Source: an uncultured Pelagibacteraceae bacterium
Lineage (GTDB): Bacteria > Pseudomonadota > Alphaproteobacteria > Pelagibacterales > Pelagibacteraceae
DNA: 64,000 nucleotides
Direction of reading: 5' to 3'
Assembly (NCBI GenBank): GCA_902526115.1
Contig: CABZJV010000002.1
Span: forward strand, 1,271 to 65,270
Below are positions 1 through 10,126 of the stretch, in pieces. The notes below the pieces were generated by a model, which saw nothing but the letters and a program-made list of their open reading frames with translations, had not been told where the DNA came from and searched no databases. Position 1 is the stretch's first letter, and every line of letters starts with the position of its first letter. Position numbers and translations under genes: made by a program.

Positions 1-402
1 GTAGGTGCGGTACTAACTTGTGTTGGTGGATATTGGTTTTGGTTTTTTTTAAGAGTTGATGTTTCTGCTGAGGCACATCCTTGGTATAGAATTATTAAAG
101 CAGATTTATTTGTTTTGGCATTATTAGCATGCGCAACTTTTGGTTTATTGTGGTCTTATACACAGTTTAGTGGACAAGTTGGATTGTCATACTTATTTTT
201 AATTTTATTTGTAGTTGCAAACTTAATTTTATTTGGTGGAATTTATTGGTCTAAATTTGCACATATGTTTTATAAGCCTGGAGCTGCAATACAAAAAAAT
301 TTAGCTGAGGCTGATGGATCAAGAGATAATCTACCACCACCAGCTGAGGCACCTGAACAGTTTGGATTAGGTATTAAAAGAGAGGAGCCTAAACATTATT
401 AA
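1..402 (+). CDS. aprM: AprM, membrane anchor of APS reductase (5'-truncated by window edge)
   Basis: Frame 1 is open from base 1 (VGAVLTCVGGYWFWFFLRVDVSAEAHPWYR...) to TAA at 400-402. Hydrophobic, with a WSKFAHMFYKP motif, directly upstream of aprB. Confidence 0.85.
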   Translation, partial: VGAVLTCVGGYWFWFFLRVDVSAEAHPWYRIIKADLFVLALLACATFGLLWSYTQFSGQVGLSYLFLILFVVANLILFGGIYWSKFAHMFYKPGAAIQKNLAEADGSRDNLPPPAEAPEQFGLGIKREEPKHY

Positions 403-435
403 TTATGAAAATATTAAATAAGGAGAATAAATAAT

Positions 436-906
436 ATGTCAACTTTTGTATATATGACTAGATGTGATGGCTGTGGACATTGTGTAGATATTTGTCCATC
501 AGACATTATGCACATAGATGAAAATATCAGACGTGCAAAAAATATAGAACCTAACTTCTGTTGGGAGTGTTATTCATGCGTAAAAGCTTGCCCTAATCAT
601 GCTATAGATGTTAGAGGATATGCTGATTTTGCTCCGATGGGTCACAGCGTGAGAGTTAGAAGAGAGGAGGAAAAAGGTACAATTTCCTGGAAGATAAAAT
701 TTAGAAATGGTACTACGAAGGATTTTGTTTCACCAATAACAACAAAGCCATGGGGTAAGTTTATTCCAAAACTTGCTGAAGGTGAAAAAATAAAACAAGG
801 TGAGTTAAATTCTCAAAGACTTTACACCGAACCAGAAGGACTTAACATTAATGGCGAATTACCCGCTGTTCCAAAAGACTCATTTAAAAAAGGAGTTTAC
901 TACTAA
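436..906 (+). CDS. aprB: Adenylylsulfate reductase beta subunit (2x4Fe-4S)
   Basis: CDGCGHCVDICPSDIM and CWECYSCVKACP motifs; AGGAG RBS upstream; start of aprA overlaps its stop. Confidence 0.97.
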   Translation: MSTFVYMTRCDGCGHCVDICPSDIMHIDENIRRAKNIEPNFCWECYSCVKACPNHAIDVRGYADFAPMGHSVRVRREEEKGTISWKIKFRNGTTKDFVSPITTKPWGKFIPKLAEGEKIKQGELNSQRLYTEPEGLNINGELPAVPKDSFKKGVYY

Positions 907-2765
907 TGGCTAAGCATAAAACACATTACGAAGATTGCGATGTACTAGTTGTTGGTGGTGGTATGGCTGGAACAGGTGCTACTTTTGAAGCTAGGCACTG
1001 GGGTAGAGATATGAAAATTATTTGTGTTGAAAAAGCAAATATTGATAGAAGTGGAGCCGTTGCCCAAGGTCTTTATGCAATTAACTGTTATATGGGAATG
1101 CAGTGGGGTGAAAACCAACCTGAAGATCACGTACGTTACGCAAGAAACGATCTTATGGGAATGGTGAGGGAAGATTTAGGATATGATATGGCTCGTCATG
1201 TAGACTCAACAGTTCATATGTTTGATGAATGGGGTCTTCCAATGATGAAAAATGAGGAGACTGGAAGATACCTCAGAGAAGGTAAATGGCAGATCATGAT
1301 TCATGGAGAGAGCTACAAACCAATTGTTGCCGAAGCTGCAAAGAAATCAGCTGATAAAATTTATAATAGAATAATGATTACTCACTTATTAATGGATGAG
1401 TCCCAAGAAAATAGAGTAGGTGGTGCTGTCGGATTTAATATGAGAACTGGAGATTTTCATGTCTTTAGAGCAAAAGCTGTAATAGTTGCTGCTGGTGGTG
1501 CTTCTCATATATTTAAACCTAGAGCTGTAGGAGAAGGTATGGGTAGGACGTGGTATGCCCCATGGAGCAATGGTTCAGCTTATGCCTTACCAATTGCAGC
1601 TGGAGCTAAAATGACACAAATGGAAAACAGAATCGTCTTATGTAGATTTAAAGATGGATATGGGCCAGTAGGAGCTTATTTTTTACATTTAAAAACTTAT
1701 ACTCAAAATGCAAATGGTGAAAATTATGAGAAGAAATGGTACGATCAAACTAAAGAACTAGTTGGAGAATATATCGATCACCATCCAACTCCAACATGTC
1801 TTAGAAATCATGCTTTTATTCAAGAGACTATGGCAGGCGGAGGACCAATTCATATGGTTACAACTGAAGCTTTCCAGGATCCACATTTAGAAACTGTTGG
1901 ATGGGAAAACTTTTTAGGTATGACAGTTGGTCAAGCTGTAGTATGGGCTTCACAAAATATTGATCCAAAATATACAAATCCTGAGTTAACGACATCTGAG
2001 CCATACGTTATGGGTTCCCATGCTACTTGTTCAGGAGCTTGGGTTAGTGGGCCTGAGGATTTATCTCCTCCAGAGTATTTTTGGGGTTATAATAGAATGC
2101 TTACAATTGATGGATTATTTGGAGCAGGTGATACCGTTGGTGGAAGTGCTCACAAATTTTCCTCAGGTTCATTTACCGAAGGTAGATTAGCTGCAAAAGC
2201 TGCAGTTAAATATATTGAGGACAAAAAAGCAGAAGGCTTGATGGTAACTGATAAACAATGTGAAGATTTTAAGTCTAAAGTGTATAAACCACTAGAAACT
2301 TACAAAGTAGCTCAAAATGAAATTACTGGGGGAACTGTTTCTCCAAGTTATATTTCTCCAATCCAAGGTTTACAGCGTTTACAGAGAATAATGGATGAAT
2401 ATGTTGGCGGAATAGCCACTAATTATATGACAAACGCTAATATGCTTAAAAGAGGTTTAGAACTTTTAACTTGGTTAGAAGAGGATCTAGAAAACGTAGG
2501 AGCTGAAGATTATCACCAATTAATGAGAGCTTGGGAGTTAAAACATAGAGCTTTGACTTCACAATGCGTAACAGAACATACTATGTTTAGGGAAGAAACC
2601 AGATGGCCTGGTTATTATTATAGAGGTGATCATATGAAACTTGATGATGATAATTGGCACTGTTTAACTGTTTCTAGAAGAGATCCTAATACCGGCAAAT
2701 TTAGTATGGAAAAAGTTCCTGTCTACCATATCGTGGACGAGAATGAGAAGAAAAAAGCTTCTTAG
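906..2765 (+). CDS. aprA: Adenylylsulfate reductase alpha subunit (FAD), AprM-associated sulfur-oxidiser type
   Basis: GGGMAG FAD motif, EKANIDRSGAVAQGLYAINCYMG, WQIMIHGESYK, HKFSSGSFTEG, REETRWPGYYYR. Confidence 0.97.
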   Translation: MAKHKTHYEDCDVLVVGGGMAGTGATFEARHWGRDMKIICVEKANIDRSGAVAQGLYAINCYMGMQWGENQPEDHVRYARNDLMGMVREDLGYDMARHVDSTVHMFDEWGLPMMKNEETGRYLREGKWQIMIHGESYKPIVAEAAKKSADKIYNRIMITHLLMDESQENRVGGAVGFNMRTGDFHVFRAKAVIVAAGGASHIFKPRAVGEGMGRTWYAPWSNGSAYALPIAAGAKMTQMENRIVLCRFKDGYGPVGAYFLHLKTYTQNANGENYEKKWYDQTKELVGEYIDHHPTPTCLRNHAFIQETMAGGGPIHMVTTEAFQDPHLETVGWENFLGMTVGQAVVWASQNIDPKYTNPELTTSEPYVMGSHATCSGAWVSGPEDLSPPEYFWGYNRMLTIDGLFGAGDTVGGSAHKFSSGSFTEGRLAAKAAVKYIEDKKAEGLMVTDKQCEDFKSKVYKPLETYKVAQNEITGGTVSPSYISPIQGLQRLQRIMDEYVGGIATNYMTNANMLKRGLELLTWLEEDLENVGAEDYHQLMRAWELKHRALTSQCVTEHTMFREETRWPGYYYRGDHMKLDDDNWHCLTVSRRDPNTGKFSMEKVPVYHIVDENEKKKAS

Positions 2766-2784
2766 AAAATTCTTAATTTAGTTT

Positions 2785-3135
2785 ATGGATATTTTATCGA
2801 AAAATGATGATGAGATATATGAATTGGCAAAGCCTATTTGGGTTAATTTAGTTAGGTCATCTAATTTAAAAGATTATGGTGGATTTACAAAAGATTTTTC
2901 AACACAAATGTTGTTTGGAGCCAATGAAGTAGAACTTGGTAAGCAGTGGGCCAATAATAAGATCATTACTAATTTAAATGAAACTTTCGAGCCTTTTGGC
3001 TGCCTCAGAAGAGGAATTCATGTCACTGTATTAATTAAACAAACCAATAAAGAAATCTCAGGTGAGTTTTTAGGTAGGCTCGTGCTCGGAGTTGAAGATA
3101 ATGTAGTAAAAGTATTTGGGGCTACAATTTATTAA
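2785..3135 (+). CDS. Hypothetical soluble protein (116 aa)
   Basis: ORF 19 nt downstream of aprA on the same strand; no recognisable catalytic motif. Confidence 0.7.
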   Translation: MDILSKNDDEIYELAKPIWVNLVRSSNLKDYGGFTKDFSTQMLFGANEVELGKQWANNKIITNLNETFEPFGCLRRGIHVTVLIKQTNKEISGEFLGRLVLGVEDNVVKVFGATIY

Positions 3136-3167
3136 AATAAAAAATCTTCAATTAATTAAGTATTTAT

Positions 3168-3195
3168 TTGACAAATATTATCGTGGGTGTAATCA
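3168..3195 (+). promoter_or_regulatory. Candidate sigma70 promoter
   Basis: Perfect TTGACA at 3168-3173 in an intergenic gap; only an imperfect -10 (TAATCA at 3190-3195). Confidence 0.35.
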
Positions 3196-3203
3196 CATAA
3201 TAA

Positions 3204-3338
3204 ATGCACATTTCAGAAATAAAAATTTTAAATAAACTCCCTAGATTAAAATCATCATACGTTAAAGCAGGTATTTTAATGAGTTTACTTGCTTACTGGG
3301 GTGTAATTTTAGTTGGAACTTTTGTTACTTTTAACTAA
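3204..3338 (+). CDS. Small single-TM protein (44 aa), not in ORF track
   Basis: Hand translation MHISEIKILNKLPRLKSSYVKAGILMSLLAYWGVILVGTFVTFN*; it fills an otherwise unusually long intergenic gap and has a hydrophobic C-terminal helix. Confidence 0.55.
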   Translation: MHISEIKILNKLPRLKSSYVKAGILMSLLAYWGVILVGTFVTFN

Positions 3339-3368
3339 GTTTTTTTTTAGTCGCATTTTTTAAGTTTT

Positions 3369-4451
3369 ATGGAAGTATTTTTACCAATAGCACAAGTATT
3401 TGTAAATCCTATAGAAATACTTTTATTAAGTGCAATTGTTGGAGTTCTCTCAGGATTATTTGGAGTTGGAGGTGGTTTTTTAATGACACCGTTTCTTATT
3501 TTTTTAGGTATCCCCCCTGCTTATGCTGTTGCAAATGAGGCTAACAATATTTTAGCTACTTCTGTATCTGGATCAACCACTTATTATTTAAAAAATATTT
3601 TAGATTATAAAATGGGTTTCATAATAGTTATTGGTGGTGCAATTGGGACCACAGTAGGAATTTATACATTCTCATATTTTAAAGGTATTGGAAAAATAGA
3701 TACTGTAATTTCATTAGCCTATATGTATATTTTAGCTATCATTGGAACTTTGATGCTTGTTGAAAGTTTAAGAGAAATAGATCAGGCAAAAAGAAATGTT
3801 TTAGCTAAAAAAAAAGCGCATGTACATTATTGGATACATGGTCTTCCAGTTAGAATGAGATTTCCTAAATCAAAATTGTATGAGAGTATTTTTACTCCAA
3901 TTTTTATAGGACTTGTTGTTGGATTTATTGCGGCTATTATGGGAATTGGTGGTGCTTTCATACTTGTTCCTGCAATGATTTATATAATTAAAATGCCTAC
4001 AAAATTAGTTCCAGGAACTTCTTTGTTTGTAACAATTTTTGTAAGTGTAATAGTCACTTTCTTACACTCATTTAATTATGGATCAATAGATTTACTTTTA
4101 GTTCTAATGTTGGTTATAGGCTCAATAATTGGTGTTCAAGTAGGTCAAAAACTTGGTGAGAGAATTGATAGCTCTGGATTACGAGCTTTACTTGCAATTT
4201 TATTATTAATTGTTGGAATAGCTATTGCCTACGACACTTTCTTTGCAAATGAAATTTTAAATAATGTTCAATCAAATACAAATAAAGACCTAAACTTTTT
4301 TTCAGAATTTATTATTGATTTTTCAAATGAGATGCCATTTTTTTATGGTTTATTCACAATTATGTTCGCTATTATTTTGGGAGTTGCTGCAGCATTCATT
4401 AGGAAATTTGTGTCAAATCTAAAAATAAAATTACTTATTAGATCTAAATAA
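3369..4451 (+). CDS. TauE/SafE (TSUP) family sulfite exporter-like membrane protein
   Basis: Duplicated GLFGVGGGFLMTP / AIMGIGGAFILVP motifs, many TM helices, extra C-terminal TM. Confidence 0.88.
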   Translation: MEVFLPIAQVFVNPIEILLLSAIVGVLSGLFGVGGGFLMTPFLIFLGIPPAYAVANEANNILATSVSGSTTYYLKNILDYKMGFIIVIGGAIGTTVGIYTFSYFKGIGKIDTVISLAYMYILAIIGTLMLVESLREIDQAKRNVLAKKKAHVHYWIHGLPVRMRFPKSKLYESIFTPIFIGLVVGFIAAIMGIGGAFILVPAMIYIIKMPTKLVPGTSLFVTIFVSVIVTFLHSFNYGSIDLLLVLMLVIGSIIGVQVGQKLGERIDSSGLRALLAILLLIVGIAIAYDTFFANEILNNVQSNTNKDLNFFSEFIIDFSNEMPFFYGLFTIMFAIILGVAAAFIRKFVSNLKIKLLIRSK

Positions 4452-5517
4452 AATAATTTACAAATATTTCTATTGTAACAATTGAAATTAATCCAATTGT
4501 TGCCATAGCAATAAAACCAACCAGAAAAGGTTTATAACCCATATTTTTAATATCTCTGAAATTGGTAGAAAGACCTATTGCGGCCATTGCCATTGTTAAA
4601 AAAATTTTAGATAAAATTTTTATATTTTCTACTGTACTTGACCAAATTTCGTTTTGGTTAACAAAAAATACGTGATCACCTAAATTTCTGAATATTATCA
4701 TCGCTATAAAACCTAATACAAAGTATGGAAAAATACTAATAATTGAGTATTTTCTCTTTTTAATTTGACCTTTTGAATACAGATAGGCAAATAGGGGGAT
4801 CATAATTATTAAAAACGTATTTCTAATTAATTTAGTCACTGTTGAAATATTTAAAGTTTCAGGACTGTTAAATTGTTGGTCATAAATTAGTCCAGCAGCG
4901 GCAACTTGAGCAGTCTCGTGAATAGCAGTACCTAAAAACAAACCAATAAATAATGACTCACCATTAAAATAAAAATTAGCAAAGTAAGGGTAAATGAGCA
5001 TAGAAAGAATACCAAATAAAGTAATATTAGCAATTGCGTAAGATACTTCATTTTTTTTTGCATTTATAACAGGAGCCAATGCCATTATTGCTGTAGTACC
5101 ACAAACTGTACTGCCAACAGAAATAAGATATGACATACGCTTAGGGATTATTATTTTAATACTAATTATTTTTATAACTAATAAAACACTCGCAATACAA
5201 ATTATTATTAACGGTATTGCTATTTTTCCAAATTCTAAAAATTCAAAAGGTTTTAATTGAATTCCTAAACAAATAATACCCAGCTTTAAAATATTTTTTT
5301 GAGTAAAGTCTAAACCTTTTAAAAAAATTTCTCTAATTTGAAATATGTTTCCAAACATCATACCAGTTAATATTGCAATCATTGCTGTAGAAATAGGGCT
5401 TTTTTCATAACCCAATAATTCTATTCCAATGATGTTATTTATTCCTTGCGATAAAGTGTAGAGGACGAATGCTAAAATTATACCTGGTATTAATACCAAG
5501 TACTTTTTATAATTCAT
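4444..5517 (-). CDS. YeiH / putative sulfate exporter family (SuyZ/TauZ-like)
   Basis: GSTVCGTTAIMA, GTAIHETAQVAAAG, TVTKLIRN, AMAAIGLST motifs; follows suyB. Confidence 0.85.
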   Translation of the reverse strand: MNYKKYLVLIPGIILAFVLYTLSQGINNIIGIELLGYEKSPISTAMIAILTGMMFGNIFQIREIFLKGLDFTQKNILKLGIICLGIQLKPFEFLEFGKIAIPLIIICIASVLLVIKIISIKIIIPKRMSYLISVGSTVCGTTAIMALAPVINAKKNEVSYAIANITLFGILSMLIYPYFANFYFNGESLFIGLFLGTAIHETAQVAAAGLIYDQQFNSPETLNISTVTKLIRNTFLIIMIPLFAYLYSKGQIKKRKYSIISIFPYFVLGFIAMIIFRNLGDHVFFVNQNEIWSSTVENIKILSKIFLTMAMAAIGLSTNFRDIKNMGYKPFLVGFIAMATIGLISIVTIEIFVNYFI

Positions 5518-5532
5518 GAAATTAAAAAATAA

Positions 5533-6699
5533 TTAGGCACTTCTGTAAAGTTTAGTCATAACAAACTCTTTGTGACCTAAAGCTTCAGCACATGTTAATC
5601 GTCCGTTGGCAACTCTTAATGTTGTTTTAATTAATTCATCACCACCTTCTGATAAATTCATTTCTCTTGACAGTATTTTTGATACATCACAATCAATGTG
5701 TTCACCCATACTTTTAACAGTTAGGGGGTTTGCTGTTAGTTTAATAACTGGCTCAATTGGATTCCCAACAATGTTACCTTGTCCTGTTGGAAACAAATGA
5801 ATATTAAAACCTGCAGCTGCTTGAAGTGTCACACATTCTGCTGCTGCAGAAGATGTATCCATAAAGTACAAGCCTTTTCCTTTAGTTGGTTCTTCTGCTG
5901 GTTCAAGGACATCGATAAATTTACAATTTCCTATTTTTTGGAAATTTCCAAACGCTTTCTCTTCAATTGTGGTCAATCCACCAGCAATATTTCCAGCTGT
6001 TGGCTGACTTTCAGACAGATCATCTGTAGCTTCTTTTAAAATAAAATCATTATATGCATTCCATGTTTTCATGAATTTATCTGAAGCCTCTTTGGTTGCT
6101 CCTCTTTCAGCACAAACTCTTTCAGCTCCAGTAAGTTCAGAAGTTTCTCCAAAACATAAGTGAACACCCAAGGGTTCTAATTTATCCATTAGATTTCCAA
6201 CTGTTGGATTTGATGCTAAGCCTGATGTAGTGTCAGACTCTCCACATTTTACTGATATCCATAAATCACTTAAAGGGCATTCTTCTCTTTGTTTCTCAGA
6301 TGCCCACATGACAAACTCTTGTGCTTTTTTAGAAGCTTTCATCGTTGTACCGATGTCTCCAGTTCTTTCAATATGAAATCCTTCAACTGGTTTTCCAGTT
6401 TTAGCTATTCCATCAACTATTTTTTTTGTCCATTTAGGTTCAATTCCTATAACAATCACAGCAGCAACATTTGGGTTACAGCCAGTCCCAATCATAGTTC
6501 TAAAATGAAGTTCTAAATCAGCACCAAACTGAAGTCTTCCATAAGAATGGGGAAGAGCAATGGTTCCTTTAATATTGTTTGCTACTGCTTCAGCGCATGC
6601 ATTTGATATGTCATCGACAGGAAGAATAATCACATGATTTCTTGTACCAGTCCTGCCATTTTCTCTTTTATAACCTAAAAAACTTTTTGGAATTTCCAT
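5533..6699 (-). CDS. suyB: (R)-sulfolactate sulfo-lyase beta subunit (UxaA family)
   Basis: [57 protein letters not shown]; paired with a small SAF-domain gene in a sulfonate context. Confidence 0.85.
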   Translation of the reverse strand: MEIPKSFLGYKRENGRTGTRNHVIILPVDDISNACAEAVANNIKGTIALPHSYGRLQFGADLELHFRTMIGTGCNPNVAAVIVIGIEPKWTKKIVDGIAKTGKPVEGFHIERTGDIGTTMKASKKAQEFVMWASEKQREECPLSDLWISVKCGESDTTSGLASNPTVGNLMDKLEPLGVHLCFGETSELTGAERVCAERGATKEASDKFMKTWNAYNDFILKEATDDLSESQPTAGNIAGGLTTIEEKAFGNFQKIGNCKFIDVLEPAEEPTKGKGLYFMDTSSAAAECVTLQAAAGFNIHLFPTGQGNIVGNPIEPVIKLTANPLTVKSMGEHIDCDVSKILSREMNLSEGGDELIKTTLRVANGRLTCAEALGHKEFVMTKLYRSA

Positions 6700-6703
6700 T
6701 ATA

Positions 6704-6988
6704 TTACCACTTTTTAGTTTTTACGTTATGAACATGTACATGCTCACCTTTTCTTGTTGATTTAACAACTTTACCAATATCATGACCATATTTTAAAATT
6801 GTATCACCTTCATTAAGGTCAGTCATAGCAATTTTATGACCTAAGGGTATTTCATCTAATGATTGTATATTTATCGTACTATCATCCTCCATTATCCAGC
6901 AAGAACAATCTTGCTTTGGGGTGATTTTTTCTATTACTACTACACCTACGTTATCTTTTTTGTCATGTATTATAATATCTGTAGCCAT
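6704..6988 (-). CDS. suyA: Sulfolactate sulfo-lyase alpha subunit (SAF domain)
   Basis: [42 protein letters not shown]. Confidence 0.85.
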   Translation of the reverse strand: MATDIIIHDKKDNVGVVVIEKITPKQDCSCWIMEDDSTINIQSLDEIPLGHKIAMTDLNEGDTILKYGHDIGKVVKSTRKGEHVHVHNVKTKKW

Positions 6989-7100
6989 ATGCGGTGTCGA
7001 TTTGTTTGTTTGAATTTTCTAAAATCTTATATATTAATCGCTAAAATTAACAAACGAATTTTAATAGCAATAAATTTACATATTAAAGAGGTTTAGTTTT

Positions 7101-8879
7101 ATGACAAAAATGACAACAGAAGAAGCTTTTGTAAAAGTTTTACAAATGCATGGAATTGAACACGCATTTGGAATTATTGGTTCAGCCTTTATGCCAATCT
7201 CAGATATATTTCCAGATGCTGGTATAACATTCTGGGATGTTGCTCATGAAACTAATGGTGGATTAATTGCAGATGGTTACACACGAGCTACAGGAAAAAT
7301 GTCAATGGTTATTGCTCAGAATGGTCCTGGAATCACTGGATTGGTGACACCAATTAAAACAGCTTATTGGAATCATACTCCTCTTTTATTAGTAACTCCT
7401 CAAGCTGCCAATAAGACTATGGGTCAAGGAGGTTTTCAAGAAGTTGAGCAAATGAATTTATTTAAAGATATGGTTTGTTATCAAGAAGAAGTTAGAGATC
7501 CCTCAAGAATGGCTGAAGTATTAAATAGAGTTATTGAAAAAGCTATAAGGGGTTCAGCTCCAGCACAAATTAACGTGCCAAGAGATTATTGGACTCAAGT
7601 TATTGATATTGATCTTCCACCAATTGTTAGACTAGAAAGACAAGCTGGTGGAGTGGATGCAATAAAAAAAGCCGCAGACTTATTATCTAATTCAAAGTTT
7701 CCAGTTATATTATCAGGAGCAGGTGTTGTTATTGGAGGAGCTATTGATGATTGTAAAAAACTTGCAGAGAAATTAGACTCTCCAGTCTGTTCAGGTTACC
7801 AACACAATGATAGTTTTCCAGGAAGTCACCCTTTAGCAGCTGGACCACTGGGCTATAATGGCTCAAAAGCTGCAATGGAATTAATTAAACAAGCGGATGT
7901 TGTTTTGGCACTAGGTACAAGACTTAATCCTTTTTCAACTCTACCAGGTTATGGCATGGATTATTGGCCAAAAGATGCAAGCATTATCCAAGTAGACATG
8001 AATTCAGATCGTATTGGTCTAACTAAAAAAGTCTCAGTTGGAATCTGTGGAGATGCAAAATTAGTTGCTCAACAATTACTTAGTCGACTTTCTCCAACCG
8101 CAGGTGATAAGGATAGACAAAAAAGAAAAGATATTATTCATCAAACTAAATCTGCATGGTTACAAAAATTATCAAGTCTAGATCATGAGGATGATGATGA
8201 AGGAACAGTTTGGAATAAAGAGGCGAGGGAAAGAGATGCAGACAGAATGTCTCCTAGACAAGCCTGGAGAGCAATACAAGCTGGGATGCCTGAGGATGTA
8301 ATTATTTCAAGTGACATTGGAAATAATTGTGCAATTGGAAATGCCTATCCAACATTTGAAAAAGGAAGAAAATATTTAGCCCCGGGATTATTTGGTCCAT
8401 GTGGATATGGTTTTCCATCAATTTTAGGTGCAAAAATTGGATGTCCAGATACACCAGTAATTGGTTTTGCAGGTGATGGAGCATTTGGAATAAGTATGAA
8501 TGAAATGAGCTCATGTGCCAGGAAAGAATGGCCAGCAATTTCAATGGTAATTTTTAGAAATTATCAATGGGGGGCAGAGAAAAGAAATTCTATTTTATGG
8601 TTTGATGATAATTTTGTTGGTACAGAACTTGATCCAGAACTTAGTTATGCGAAAGTCGCTGATGCTTGTGGTTTAAAAGGAGTAACTGCTAAAACAATGG
8701 AAGAAACTACAAATGCTATCAAGCAATCTTGTGAAGACCAAAAGAAGGGAATTACTACATTTATTGAGGTAATTTTGAATCAAGAACTTGGCGAACCATT
8801 TAGAAGAGATGCAATGAAAAAACCAGTTAAAATTGCTGGAATAAAAAAAGAAGATATGAAAGTGCAACAACCGATTTAG
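7101..8879 (+). CDS. xsc: Sulfoacetaldehyde acetyltransferase (ThDP)
   Basis: MTTEEAFVKVLQMHGIEHAFGIIGSA, AQNGPGIT, GPLGYNGSKAAM, GDGAFGISMNE...RNYQWGAEKRN ThDP motif. Confidence 0.95.
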   Translation: MTKMTTEEAFVKVLQMHGIEHAFGIIGSAFMPISDIFPDAGITFWDVAHETNGGLIADGYTRATGKMSMVIAQNGPGITGLVTPIKTAYWNHTPLLLVTPQAANKTMGQGGFQEVEQMNLFKDMVCYQEEVRDPSRMAEVLNRVIEKAIRGSAPAQINVPRDYWTQVIDIDLPPIVRLERQAGGVDAIKKAADLLSNSKFPVILSGAGVVIGGAIDDCKKLAEKLDSPVCSGYQHNDSFPGSHPLAAGPLGYNGSKAAMELIKQADVVLALGTRLNPFSTLPGYGMDYWPKDASIIQVDMNSDRIGLTKKVSVGICGDAKLVAQQLLSRLSPTAGDKDRQKRKDIIHQTKSAWLQKLSSLDHEDDDEGTVWNKEARERDADRMSPRQAWRAIQAGMPEDVIISSDIGNNCAIGNAYPTFEKGRKYLAPGLFGPCGYGFPSILGAKIGCPDTPVIGFAGDGAFGISMNEMSSCARKEWPAISMVIFRNYQWGAEKRNSILWFDDNFVGTELDPELSYAKVADACGLKGVTAKTMEETTNAIKQSCEDQKKGITTFIEVILNQELGEPFRRDAMKKPVKIAGIKKEDMKVQQPI

Positions 8880-8903
8880 CAATTAAATTAGGATAAAATA
8901 AAT

Positions 8904-10088
8904 TTGAATTTTATAAGTTTGTTTATAACACGTCTTATAATTGTATTTAAAAAGTTTAGTATTTTTCTAATAATCTACTTAATTTTCGATATAGTTTTTT
9001 TCAGTTTAGTACCTGAAGATCTGAAGTCAAAATTATACAACAATAGAGCTCATAGAATAAAATCTTTTTATTATCATCATGATTTTAGACCAATGTCATC
9101 ATTTTACGATCATTGGGGATACGAAAGATATAAAATTTACACAAATAGCTTAGGCTTCAAAGATAAGTCAAATAGACTTGTAGAATTTAAAGATAGAAAT
9201 ATTTTATTTATTGGAGACTCATTTACTGAAGGAGTAGGAATTGAGTATGAAAATACGTATGTAGGATTAATTGAGACTGAAATAAAAAAAAAATACCAAA
9301 ATATAGAAATTTTAAATGCTGGTGTTCAGTCTTATTCGACAAGTATATATTTATCTAAAATTTACCATTTGCTAGAGAGAAAAAAAATGCCAATTACAGA
9401 TATTATAATTATGGTTTCAGGAGGGGATATTTTTGATGATTATTACAAATATATGGGTGTAGGAAAAGATTATATACTTAATCACGAAGATCAGAAAAAT
9501 AAATATCTTATTGAATTAATAAATTTTTATAAGTCAAATACATTGATCTATCAAATTATTACAAGAGTTACTCCTCCGAAAGTAATACCTGGATTAATAA
9601 GATCTATTTTTAATTCTAAAGATCGGAATGAAAATTATAGTGAAAATGAGCAAAGGTATTTTTCTATAAGTAACGATGAAATCGATAATATAAGTTTTTT
9701 AAATCATAAAGATTATTCATATTTATATTCATCAAATGAATTTAATCAATGGGGAAGAAAAGCTATCGATCAATCAATACAAAATTTAAAAGAAATCATT
9801 AAAATATGCGATCAGAAAAATATTAAATTAAATATTTTATATCTTTATGAACCAGTAATTATTCTAAAAAAACCAAATGATAATCATTTCAATTATATGA
9901 TAAGTGAGTTTGAAAAATTAGAAAATTTAAGCCAAAACTTAAAAGTTAATTTTATTAAAGATTTGTATAATAAATATAATAATAGCTATGAGGCCTATAA
10001 AAATTTATTTTTTATAAATGATATTCATTGGAATAAAAGAGGAAATTTATTAGTTTCAAATGAAATATTGGAAAAGATAGATTTTTAA
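8904..10088 (+). CDS. SGNH/GDSL hydrolase or acyltransferase-like protein with N-terminal TM
   Basis: FIGDSFTEG (block I), NAGVQSY (block II), DIHWNKRG (DxH); TTG start. Confidence 0.8.
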   Translation: MNFISLFITRLIIVFKKFSIFLIIYLIFDIVFFSLVPEDLKSKLYNNRAHRIKSFYYHHDFRPMSSFYDHWGYERYKIYTNSLGFKDKSNRLVEFKDRNILFIGDSFTEGVGIEYENTYVGLIETEIKKKYQNIEILNAGVQSYSTSIYLSKIYHLLERKKMPITDIIIMVSGGDIFDDYYKYMGVGKDYILNHEDQKNKYLIELINFYKSNTLIYQIITRVTPPKVIPGLIRSIFNSKDRNENYSENEQRYFSISNDEIDNISFLNHKDYSYLYSSNEFNQWGRKAIDQSIQNLKEIIKICDQKNIKLNILYLYEPVIILKKPNDNHFNYMISEFEKLENLSQNLKVNFIKDLYNKYNNSYEAYKNLFFINDIHWNKRGNLLVSNEILEKIDF

Positions 10089-10126
10089 TATATTAAAATT
10101 AATTAATCTAAAAATAGAGCAAAACT

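Noticed and set aside
436-2765. Dissimilatory sulfate reduction
   Set aside because: AprM-linked oxidiser-type Apr, no dsr or qmo genes in the window, and an aerobic alphaproteobacterial context.
5533-6988. Altronate/galactarate dehydratase (UxaA/GarD) call
   Set aside because: Split SAF + catalytic architecture and adjacency to xsc, exporters and apr favour SuyAB.
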